This document shows positions 53,293-62,549 of a DNA stretch of 64,000 bases, piece by piece. The number at the start of each line of letters is the position of its first letter. Position 1 is the first letter of the stretch. Position numbers and translations under genes: made by a program. The notes beneath the pieces were generated by a model, which saw only the letters and a list, made by a program, of their open reading frames with translations, was not told the DNA's origin and did not search any database. The DNA comes from Candidatus Latescibacterota bacterium (lineage in GTDB: Bacteria > Latescibacterota > UBA2968 > SICM01): contig CBDCJO010000002.1 of NCBI GenBank assembly GCA_965217865.1, positions 576,001 through 640,000 on the forward strand, given 5' to 3'.

Positions 53293-53419
53293 CCTATGAC
53301 ACGGGATGTTCCATGTTTTACATTTTATCAAATTATTCATTGTTTTATTAAGACTCTTTTAATATTTTGGGGCTGTCAACATTCGAAGATTCCCCGTATG
53401 TCGGGTAGCCTGCCGAACG

Positions 53420-53662
53420 GACCCTGGCACGTCTTGTCGAAGCAACGGAGCCCATGAGCACGGACCCTGCCGGGCTTCCGGCTTGCATTGAAGGGTAATC
53501 ATTGCCGGTTACTGGTCGGTTAGTTCCGGCAACTGACGCATCGTGTTCCGCTTCGAGGGGGTGCATGCCTACGACAATGAACTTGATCGATTACCACTAG
53601 TGAGGAGGACTCTGATATGCCGATGAAAACGCCACCCCATCCGGGCCTGTCCGTCCGTCACG
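53420..53662 (+). pseudogene. Degraded higB-higA toxin-antitoxin remnant
   Basis: Broken LPGFRL..LKG...GYWSV.SGN*RIVFRFEG...LIDYH*, followed by MPMKTPPHPGLSVR. Confidence 0.7.
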
Positions 53663-53718
53663 CTTTGGCTGATGCTCGAGAAGAACACCTTGCGTGACAC
53701 GCTCGCCGAGGTTCCCAA

Positions 53719-54135
53719 ATGAACGCTGCCGACGGCAGGACAGGAAGCAGCAGTGTGACCTCCAGCGCTGGAGACGATCCAGCGCTGGAGCATGTGCTGC
53801 TGACGGTGCTCGGGAAGAATCCGAAGTCGGCGCGTTACGCCCTTGGAGATCGGGAGGCTGAGGCCAAGCTCGCGCCCGTCGCCCTGTTCAACCTTCTGTG
53901 GCCAACAAAGCGCCCCGACCGTGTACTGGCCCTCTGCTGCACGCGTGAGGCGAAGCGGGATAGCTGGCCGCTGCTTTACGACGCTCTGGGTGACAGGTGC
54001 CAAGTGGTGTTGGTCGAGGTCTCCGGTGGCGATACTCAGGAGGATGTCAACGCCTACTTGGCGACAGTTGCCGACCACATTCCTCGGGATGTTGATCTGA
54101 CCGTGGACGTCACCCGCGGCTTCCGACATTTCTCG
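53719..54135 (+). pseudogene. csx1: Csx1/DxTHG-family CARF protein, N-terminal fragment
   Basis: LLTVLG...Y..., VDVTRGFRH (variant of DxTHGxR); the sequence becomes unrelated immediately after. Confidence 0.65.
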
Positions 54136-54423
54136 AAATTGGATTCCAAACGGCACAATCGCTTTAAAAACAAACGACGAGAACATGCAAGATCAGTTTG
54201 CAGACCAGCGAGTCGACTACGGAAAGAAGATTGCTGAAATTAAGTCGGATATGGTTGAACTCAAGTGGATCGTGATCAAAACGGGAGTTGATCTATACGA
54301 AGAATCCCTTGAGGAATGGACCAAACACGTTTGGTTCATTATCACTTTGTCAAGTATATAATTACCAAATATTTCTGGGTAGTCAGCCAGCAGAAACGCG
54401 GTGGCTCGGGATAGGGCGCGCGC

Positions 54424-55830
54424 ATGACCTCGGAGGAATTCGCAGCCAAGAACTGGATCGACCGCCTCGCGCGGGCGCTTCGCAAACTGGACGAAGCACA
54501 GGAGCCTCACCTACAAGAATATTACAGACAGAATCCGCATACGCATGTCGTGTTCAAAGAACGGGGCGGCAATCCGCCAGCCTTTCCGCTGGACGATTTA
54601 CGCGACCTCTATGCCATGGCTTATCACAGCAACGTGTTCGGCGGAGAGGAGTATTACGAGCCCCTGTGCGCGGTGCTGGACCCCGTTCGGAGCATTATGC
54701 GGTCGCATCCCACGCTGGCGCGGGTCGCGAGTCCGATCATCGGCCGGGACGAATTCTGTATGGAAATCCTCAATATCGGCAACTCGACCTCCCCAGCGGA
54801 CCTGATCGCGGGACTGATGGCGCGTGCGGCAGAGCTGTCCGGCGACCGCTTCTGGACGGCGGCGGGCGAACTAAACGCGCTCCTCACTCCGGCCGCGGAA
54901 GGAGGACCGGCCGGTGTGACGGGAGAGCTGGATGTCGGATACGACGCGGTGCTGTTTTACGGCCTGACCCTGAAGGAAAGGATCGATGTCGTGGATGGCA
55001 TGGTGATCCTTCCTTTCAAACAGATGCGGGCGTTTGTGGACGAGAGCTTGGTGGAAGAGCTCGCCCCGCCGGGCGCCGGGTTCCACGACTGGCGATCGGT
55101 CGGGGCGGTGGTCAGACCGTTCCGGTGGAGACCCGCGTTCCGACGAAGCGGCTATGAAAGGGATCTGGGAGTGGAAAATCCGTGGCCTTTTTTCCGGGAG
55201 GCGCGGATCTTCCTGGAACTTCTTGCCGTGGCGCACGCGGCGCCGGTGCTGTGCCTTGCAACGTTGGCCCATTGCATCGACCGGTCCGCCGGTCGGCTCC
55301 TGGGTCTGGCGGATCATCACGGTAGCCTCCACCGTGGCCATACGGCGCAAAGTTCCGATGGGTTCGACGAGTGTCCAAAGCTAGAGCTGGAGAGGCTCGC
55401 CGAGGCGAGGAAAGCTTTCGAGAGCCGAGGGAGTGAGTGGTACGCCAGAGTGGCTCCGATCGTAGGTCGGCTTTCCGAAGCGCTCGCAAGGGACGGACGA
55501 TTCGCAGACGAAGTCAGGATCGTGGATGTCGCGATAGCGTTGGAAAGGATGTACGACCTGCCCCAGAGGAACATCTCCAGGAAATTGCGGAACAGGGTTT
55601 CCTCGTATCTGGGAACCGACGCGGAAAGCCGGGAAAGGGTTAAGGAGAGCGTCAAGGAGTTCTACGACGCACGGTCAAATATCGTTCACAGCGGGTTGGA
55701 CAATGTGTCTCCGCAGAGAAATCTCGAGGCGTTCGACAAGGGCTTCGACATCGCCAGAAGGACATTGTTCAAGCTGTTACACGAAGGCCCACCGGAGAAT
55801 TGGGACGAGTTGGTGATCGCGGGCAACTGA
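54424..55830 (+). CDS. ApeA-like HEPN domain protein
   Basis: IALE....., KLRNRVS..L, FYDARSNIVHSG (RxxxxH). Confidence 0.75.
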   Translation: MTSEEFAAKNWIDRLARALRKLDEAQEPHLQEYYRQNPHTHVVFKERGGNPPAFPLDDLRDLYAMAYHSNVFGGEEYYEPLCAVLDPVRSIMRSHPTLARVASPIIGRDEFCMEILNIGNSTSPADLIAGLMARAAELSGDRFWTAAGELNALLTPAAEGGPAGVTGELDVGYDAVLFYGLTLKERIDVVDGMVILPFKQMRAFVDESLVEELAPPGAGFHDWRSVGAVVRPFRWRPAFRRSGYERDLGVENPWPFFREARIFLELLAVAHAAPVLCLATLAHCIDRSAGRLLGLADHHGSLHRGHTAQSSDGFDECPKLELERLAEARKAFESRGSEWYARVAPIVGRLSEALARDGRFADEVRIVDVAIALERMYDLPQRNISRKLRNRVSSYLGTDAESRERVKESVKEFYDARSNIVHSGLDNVSPQRNLEAFDKGFDIARRTLFKLLHEGPPENWDELVIAGN

Positions 55831-55877
55831 GCCGAAGCGGCCAGGTGCGATCGGCGAAGCCACGCACGTATCAGATC

Positions 55878-56786
55878 ATGCCGCACGCAGAGTACAAGGC
55901 GCTTGGGAGTATCGCGGAGCGCAATCAGGTCTACTGGCAGGAAATCCTCTACCGCGCGCACTTCGGGGCCTGCGCGGCGCTGATGCGGCTTCGCGAGTGG
56001 CTGCACGGAAGCGAGCGCGCAGTCGCAGATGAGAACGTGCTGATGCTGGCCTCGGGAATTCGTGGTTTCTTGGAGGCCGCGGCGGATACCTTTCAGTCCT
56101 TTTCAGATGTGCCGTCCAACCTGGCCGACTGCCACATGGTGGTGCGCAGGGCGATTAAAGGTAAGTTGTCCGAGCAGCCGGTTGTGGCACCAGAACTCGA
56201 AAGCATGCTCATTTATTTTGCGTATGCGCGGAAACTCAAGCCAGACGAAGGCCCGGCCCTGCACAGTGCCACGACGGCGAAGGATACGATATCAGCAATC
56301 GAAGAGTCAGTACCGGCGATTGGTAGCGTTTACGCGGCGCTCTGCGACTACGCGCACCCAGCCCGGTCGAGTGTGTTCCGTTTCGCCGGTGAGATAACGC
56401 AGCCGGACAAGGTCACGTTTGACCCGCATGTTGGGCCGGAGAAGACTCACGAGATTCTCACGCTATCTGGGGAGGTCGGTCGTATGGCGCTGATGCTCGG
56501 TGTGGTGCCGGTCGTAATGACACTGAAGGTGCTGAACGATTTCGCGTTTGTACCCGTGGCTACGCGTTGGGCGGATGGAGTCTCGCTGCCCTTCTCGGAT
56601 GTGTGGCGCGAACTGAAACGCCGCCTGCAAAGCCAAACGGCGACGCGGGTCGCGACGGGCGCAGAATCAGACAAGCTCTGGGCCGATACCATGGGGCAAT
56701 ACCGTCCCGTGGGGAAGGCGAAGCGCCGACGCAAGGACAACAAGCAAGAGCTTGCAAGAGGGACCGCAAGGGAGGATTCGTTCTGA
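55878..56786 (+). CDS. Hypothetical protein with weak HEPN-like features
   Basis: R.FLE and Y..LCDYAHP motifs; start uncertain. Confidence 0.5.
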   Translation: MPHAEYKALGSIAERNQVYWQEILYRAHFGACAALMRLREWLHGSERAVADENVLMLASGIRGFLEAAADTFQSFSDVPSNLADCHMVVRRAIKGKLSEQPVVAPELESMLIYFAYARKLKPDEGPALHSATTAKDTISAIEESVPAIGSVYAALCDYAHPARSSVFRFAGEITQPDKVTFDPHVGPEKTHEILTLSGEVGRMALMLGVVPVVMTLKVLNDFAFVPVATRWADGVSLPFSDVWRELKRRLQSQTATRVATGAESDKLWADTMGQYRPVGKAKRRRKDNKQELARGTAREDSF

Positions 56787-56829
56787 CACCTCTTCTTCAG
56801 ACCCTTTGTGGGCTTCCCTTGCGCTGAAA

Positions 56830-57720
56830 ATCCTCTAGACGTCAGTCGTCACCCACTGTTTCAATTGGGAGCCCTTTGAACGACAACCCAAATACCAGGT
56901 CAAGACCTCCCAGAGACAGAAACGCGAGAACGTGAAAGCCCGGATCATCCGGGAGCGCGGCTTCAAAAACATCCGACTTGCCAGTGAACGTGTTGCCGGG
57001 GTTTCGTATCGTCCTGCTCGATGCAGGAAGACCTGTCGACTCGTGATCCTCGAAAAGAACCTGAGCGTCGAACGCGGCGAAAACGCCCTGTTCGATGACA
57101 AGCGCTATTTCTTCTACATTACCACCCGAAAAGATCTTACGGCCGCGGAAATCGTGAGGCTGGCCAATGGACGGTGCGATCAGGAAAACGTGATTGAACA
57201 ACTCAAGAACGGGGTCAACGCCATGCGGATGCCCGTCGACAACCTGATGAGCAACTGGGCTTACATGGTCATGACCGCCCTGGCGTGGAACCTCAAAGCC
57301 TGGTTCGCGTTGATGATCCGAAAGCGTGAGCGTCGCGATCAACTTCTGAGAATGAAGTTTCGCGCCTTCCTCCAGAATCTGATCTGGATCCCTTGCCAGA
57401 TCGTGACCCGGGGAAGACAGATCATCTATCGTGTCTTGGGCTACAACCGGTGGATGACTGACTTCTTCCCGGCCTGGAACAGAATCAGATGGCTCAAACC
57501 GGCCTGACTGCCATGTCAGCACCTGTCGTCGTAACATCACAGGGACAAGTCCGTCCACCCCGGCTAAAACACGTCCGCAAACTCAGTTAATTAGACAATC
57601 GCATGCCGAAACAATCACAAAAACAGCCCAGACATCATCTCCACCAAGTCACAAGTCTGAAATGCTCCGAAATCTTGTATAACACACCGCTCAACAAGCC
57701 TATTCGCTTATTTTAGGGCT
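56830..57720 (+). mobile_element. IS1380-family transposase 3' half and probable right end
   Basis: YFFYIT...N.RCDQEN.IEQLKNG...NWAYM...LAWNLKAW. Confidence 0.8.
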
Positions 57721-57800
57721 AGTGCGAAAATAGCAGCCGGGTCAACACTCGTGGGAGCTGTTCGGTACAGATCAGCCGTTGGAATTGGAGGAGATATCGG

Positions 57801-58391
57801 ATGCTGAAAAAAGGGTTTAGGCGCGTTATCAAATCCGGAGTCTTCGTATGGCCGTGGACCGAGTCGCATGGTCTGCTGGTTATTGGCGGAGCGCCTGGTG
57901 GGGGGGGCGGCGGCGGCGGCGCATTCTGTCTCAAAGACCTGAATCTTTACGGTGCGGGCGGTGGCGGGGGTGGTGGCGGCAGCGAGGAAACTAGCGTGAA
58001 GCGTGGAAAAACGACCTATCAGGCGGCGGGTGGTAATGGCGGCGACGGCGGCGATGGGGGTGGGCTTCACGAGGGCAAGCCTGTCGAAGGTAAGCACGGC
58101 AAGGGATGCCACTACGGCGATGGCGGCGATGGCGGACGTGGGGCGGTCGTGCCTCCGACCGACGGCCGCCTCGCGTCAAATGGCGGTAATGGCGGCAAGG
58201 GCTTTCCGGGAGAAACTCAGATTGTTGAACTTGCCGATCTGTCTGTCGGTGATCGTTTCGAGATCAAAATTGGTAGAGGCGGCGTCGGTGGCGACGGCGG
58301 CAAAGGCTACGAGAAAGGCGATGTAGGTGTCGCTGGAGCAGACGGATTTGTGCTTTTTGTTCCAGTGTTAGCGGAAGAGGGAGACAGATAA
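57801..58391 (+). CDS. Glycine-rich protein
   Basis: GGGGGGG and GG.GG.GG runs framed by beta-strand-like segments; GGAGGA RBS. Confidence 0.65.
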   Translation: MLKKGFRRVIKSGVFVWPWTESHGLLVIGGAPGGGGGGGGAFCLKDLNLYGAGGGGGGGGSEETSVKRGKTTYQAAGGNGGDGGDGGGLHEGKPVEGKHGKGCHYGDGGDGGRGAVVPPTDGRLASNGGNGGKGFPGETQIVELADLSVGDRFEIKIGRGGVGGDGGKGYEKGDVGVAGADGFVLFVPVLAEEGDR

Positions 58392-59005
58392 TGCTGTCTG
58401 GACGGGCAGAAGCCGGACACGCAAGCAAGCTAGACAGCCTGCCGGCGGCGATGGACTTGAAAGGCTTTGGCGTTCTAGGAGACGGATGCCTTCGGATTGA
58501 CGAAAGCTGTCACCTACCAAAAATGACATGGATTCCGAATCGGAATATCGAATTTACCTTCTTCAGTCAGGACGATGGTAAGGTCAAAGAGACGTTCCGA
58601 GCCTTGGAGCGGTTCAACGCTGAGGCGGTTGCGTTAGGTGGTGCAAGCGATAAGTTGGATGCCTACATGTCGCGTATGAAGATCTTGCAGAATGAGGCTA
58701 TGCATGACGGCTATGTACTGAATCTTTCCTCCGAAATCGATTTCCGGCAGTTTGTTCGGGCCGGGCCTGACATTCGGAAAGGCAACTTGGTGTTGATGGA
58801 TAACGGAAACCTGAGAGCGATCTGGAAGAATGAACAGGGATCGCGTCTAGGCTTGCAGTTCCTTGGCGGCAGAATGGTGCAGTATGTGATCTTCAAGCGG
58901 CGCAAGCATGGACAACCGATTTCGAGGGTCACTGGACGCGATTCCTTGGAAGGACTGGAACAGCAGATTGATGCCTTTGAACTGTATTCGTTGCTCTACG
59001 AATGA
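58391..59005 (+). CDS. Hypothetical protein, translationally coupled on both sides
   Basis: TAATG and ATGA overlaps with neighbours; DNGNLRAIW motif. Confidence 0.6.
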   Translation: MLSGRAEAGHASKLDSLPAAMDLKGFGVLGDGCLRIDESCHLPKMTWIPNRNIEFTFFSQDDGKVKETFRALERFNAEAVALGGASDKLDAYMSRMKILQNEAMHDGYVLNLSSEIDFRQFVRAGPDIRKGNLVLMDNGNLRAIWKNEQGSRLGLQFLGGRMVQYVIFKRRKHGQPISRVTGRDSLEGLEQQIDAFELYSLLYE

Positions 59006-59460
59006 AGCGGGACGATCTGCCTGCGGGCGACCAAATCGTCCGTTACGTCAAGCCGAGCATGATCCAAGAGGATGGGACCGCTGACGGTTCGGACTTCCGT
59101 TTACGCTCCGCCAGACCGGACGAAACAGGCCTGTCTGTCAATTGGCTCAAGGCCTTTGAACCGGGAAAGGTCCATCAACTGGGCGAAGTGCGACGTTTGT
59201 ACCGTCTGCACTTAAGGCCAAACGGGCGTTTTGCGGAGATGAATGTTGGCACTGTCATACGCGAGGTAGCCAAGGAGTTGGACACGCTGCGCATTATCCA
59301 CGATCCACTTGAAGCAACGGAAGGTTTCGATGCCAACCCTTCGCATGCAGAAATTATCGGTCTGCCGCCGGGAGATTCCGATCAAGCTGTATTGGTGGGC
59401 GATCTCATCGCGGAGTGCGTAATCGACATGCACCCGGCGATCGTCAGGCATGACGGATGA
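59002..59460 (+). CDS. Hypothetical protein, possible ART/RES-like fold
   Basis: IVRY...F...GLSVNW...PSHAEI pattern. Confidence 0.5.
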   Translation: MKRDDLPAGDQIVRYVKPSMIQEDGTADGSDFRLRSARPDETGLSVNWLKAFEPGKVHQLGEVRRLYRLHLRPNGRFAEMNVGTVIREVAKELDTLRIIHDPLEATEGFDANPSHAEIIGLPPGDSDQAVLVGDLIAECVIDMHPAIVRHDG

Positions 59461-59479
59461 AATCTTGGCTCGATCGCAA

Positions 59480-59825
59480 GGCCTTCATTATGCTTGGCGT
59501 CAGCCATCGCGAAAGTCGTCAAACCCAGCTTCAACGTTGGCGAACGGCTTGTAGTCCTCGAGCGAGAAGCCATCGAGGTCCTGGAACAATTCAAAGACCA
59601 CCTTGCGAGCTTCGGTGGCATTTGACATTGCCGCCTCGAGCTCCTCCTTCGTGCGACGCAGCTCTGGATCGGAGAGTGCTTCCCGGTAAAGCGTGTCGTA
59701 GGTCAAACGCTCCGAAAGCTGCCCGAGGACTTGCAGCCGGAGATCCTCCGCGACGTAAAAAGTCGTAGACATCCACCTTTATTCCGATCTGGACGTTGAA
59801 ATAGAGCCGGGTGGGGACGTAACGC
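59480..59825 (-). pseudogene. Internal fragment of a larger protein, possibly an SNF2-type helicase
   Basis: YDTLYREALSDPEL...VVFELFQDLDGFSLEDY; both ends broken. Confidence 0.3.
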
Positions 59826-59827
59826 AC

Positions 59828-60030
59828 GTGTACGTCTTTTTTCTCATTGCTACCTTCATTCTCGTTATTGCTGCAGTAAACTTCGTTAACCTAACCATGT
59901 CGATGGCCGGGAAAAGATCAAAAGAGATAGGAGTGCGCAAAACAGCCGGTGCACAAAGGCGACAACTCGCTCAACAGCTCATCGGAGAGTCAGTTGTATT
60001 GAGTCTATTTGCAGCATTGTTCGCCTTGGG
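59828..60030 (+). pseudogene. FtsX/MacB-like ABC permease fragment
   Basis: IAAVNFVNL...R.KEIGVRK..GA.R.QL..Q..GES. Confidence 0.8.
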
Positions 60031-61093
60031 GGACGGACTTTTTCATAGAACTCCTTCTGGTCAAAACCAAGATCCCTATGCAGGAAGTCGACAATTTTGG
60101 GCGTTGTTGCTTCCCCCACTCCGATTATAGGTATTTTCGACGACTCGACCAAGGAAATCGACGCGTATGGTACTTTCTTGTGCAAAGACAGGGCTGCCAG
60201 GTATCCAGCTGAACCGCCACCTATTACGCCAATGGAAAATCGATTGTCGACTCCCGCCTTGTAGCGTTTTTTAAGTGTAAACGCGTGACCATCTCTATAA
60301 GGAAAATGACTCTTAATGGCGACCGAAATGGATGCTTTTACAACCAGAGGGTTGTGTTCCTGAGTTGGCTGGCGCGAACAACGTGGGCAGTTCTCAATCG
60401 GTGAAATCAGATCACTACTTGCTCGCAGTGTCGTCGATTCCTCACGCGACAAGACCTCGATTTCGTCCACATACCGGGGGGATGGTCTATCTTCCTTTCC
60501 AAGGATGCGATGAACTTCCCGCGCCGTTCGCAGCGCGATTTGCTGTCTAAGAAGATCGTCTTGGGCGCTATTACCTAAAGTCGAGCATTGCCTTTGCCTG
60601 ATATTCGCCAATCCTTTTCTGTTCCAATGAGAAACACTGCAGCTAAAACAAGTAGATATTCCCGGTAGTACCGTAGGTCCCAAAACGGCTTTGCCCCTTG
60701 TTATACACACAAAGACACAAGGTACCGATGCTTCTACGCACGCCTCATCTACTTCGAAGAGCGTGAGATACTTGCAACCCTCAATGGCACATATTGCAGC
60801 ATCATATCCCTTCACAATAGTAACGAGGTTGGTCACCTCGACATCACCTGCAGACAACCCACGCCTATTTTCGTTCCCCGATTTTCCCTCACGTACCATG
60901 CGCTCACGGGCCTCACTAACACTCCTTTCTCCCTTCTTGCAGCCCGTGACGGAGGCTACGTTCCAATACACCGATCTAATACACTCTATTTTTTGAAGGC
61001 TGCGGCAGATGGTATCGCCTAGCTGCGAATTGCCAAGGAGAGCAACACGCACAAGCCCTAATGAGGCAGGCATAATTTCCTCTTCTTCAATCA
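60030..61093 (-). pseudogene. ThiF-like (TOMM-type) domain fused to the N-terminus of a tryptophan-halogenase-like domain, 3'-truncated
   Basis: LGPTVLPG.S.CFSC...CPRC, then VIGGGSAG..AA...LVES..IP.IGVGEATT. Confidence 0.7.
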
Positions 61094-61186
61094 TTTCGTG
61101 GGGCCAACGTTGTTGTCTCGGATGTGCAGCCCTTACAAAACCTATTTGAGCGCAAGTCCCAGCGGGGATAGTAAGCCGTGACGTCT

Positions 61187-62119
61187 TCAGATATTCTGCA
61201 CGTGTGTAATTTCCAAATCGTAATTTTTGCGAAGTTCTTTCAAAAGAGTGGATTCGATAAACTTGCATTGCTCCTTCGGCGTATATCCACTATGCCGCGA
61301 GCGACATATGTCAATGATCTTAGGCTTGAGACTCTTTCGCTTAAGTTGGTGACCAAACCTTTCAATGGTTTTCCGAATTGAATTCCTATCATTAACGCGT
61401 TTGAGCTCACATTTGTAATGATATTTATAGCCGTCTATCAAGTAATAGTACTTGTCGCCAGACTGAACAACCTCAACCCTATTGCGTAATAGCCGTAGCC
61501 GCATGGGGTGATATATGTCGTTTACGAATTCATTGTACTCATCTTTCGTAATCTCAATGGTAACTGGCTCAATGAAAGGTGGATAATTAATGGCCGAGAA
61601 ATAATCAAGATCTATGTCAAGAACATGATCTCGCATGGCGGGAATTTGCTCGACTGTCCTAAGATGCACCCTCACTTCTCGAAGATCCTCGACATTGGTC
61701 TTCGGAGGATTTTTTTCAAAGAACAATCGTCTCCCCTTTCCCCCATGTGAGTACACATACCGGCTGTACGTCCTACGCTTAAACCGCGGACCTTCCCGCC
61801 TTACCCAATACAGCTTTCCAAAGATCCCCTGACAAAAGGCGGGAACAATAAAGGAAGCAATGTTTAGTTCTTTGTTTGTAAAACGTTTCAGGCTTTCTAG
61901 GCTCGCCGTTGCGTCCGGCAACGACTCGTTACATGATGGTCGATAATTGTCGGGGTGCTCATCAACATGTAATAGAGCGTTGCCTTCAGGCTTGATAAGC
62001 TCTTTCTGAAGCGCATAGTTCCAAACATAGAAGGCCTCGTTGTGCTCTTCTACGATGAAGGTTCTTACACGCCGCCTTCTAGTCCCATCTCTTGCCTCTT
62101 CTTCGGAGCTACCCATCAT
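61187..62119 (-). CDS. UPF0489-like protein (arginase/deacetylase-like fold)
   Basis: EEHNEAF..W, LLHVDEHPD, IASFI.PA, LDIDLDYF, CRS..SGYTP. Confidence 0.75.
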   Translation of the reverse strand: MMGSSEEEARDGTRRRRVRTFIVEEHNEAFYVWNYALQKELIKPEGNALLHVDEHPDNYRPSCNESLPDATASLESLKRFTNKELNIASFIVPAFCQGIFGKLYWVRREGPRFKRRTYSRYVYSHGGKGRRLFFEKNPPKTNVEDLREVRVHLRTVEQIPAMRDHVLDIDLDYFSAINYPPFIEPVTIEITKDEYNEFVNDIYHPMRLRLLRNRVEVVQSGDKYYYLIDGYKYHYKCELKRVNDRNSIRKTIERFGHQLKRKSLKPKIIDICRSRHSGYTPKEQCKFIESTLLKELRKNYDLEITHVQNI

Positions 62120-62133
62120 CTACACAGCACCTC

Positions 62134-62255
62134 AATGTTCCCTGTACGAGTAAACAGGGACGACGTCGGAGCATCCCCTGGGACATATTACGCATTCTTT
62201 TGGTAGGCTACTTCGAAGGCCTGAAATCGGAACGGGCTATGCCATAGATCAACGG
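62134..62255 (-). pseudogene. Possible radical SAM SPASM C-terminal remnant
   Basis: DLWHSP..F..RSSLPKECVICPR across a frameshift, similar to the IW.S..F..FR...C..C pattern. Confidence 0.3.
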
Positions 62256-62259
62256 GCTG

Positions 62260-62514
62260 CTAGTCTCTAGCCGTCCGGTGCAGCAATTCTCTCTCAACAC
62301 ACTCACGAATGTGCCGGAAGCTACTGAAGAACTCCATACTCACTGCATCATCCAAATCCACTTCGAATTCGTCCTCGATTACCACGAGAAATTCCACAGC
62401 GCGCAATGAATCTCTGAGTATCTCTGAAAGCAACCCATCTTCCGTAATAGATTCCTCGACATCTGGGACCAATCCACGCGCTAACTCCGTTATTCGGGAC
62501 TCGATGTCTACCAT
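62260..62514 (-). CDS. Acyl/peptidyl carrier protein
   Basis: Small acidic protein with DSL..VE..V.IEDEF.V. Confidence 0.8.
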   Translation of the reverse strand: MVDIESRITELARGLVPDVEESITEDGLLSEILRDSLRAVEFLVVIEDEFEVDLDDAVSMEFFSSFRHIRECVERELLHRTARD

Positions 62515-62549
62515 TTCAGTCTCTCATATACTTCTATAGCGCTGTCACC

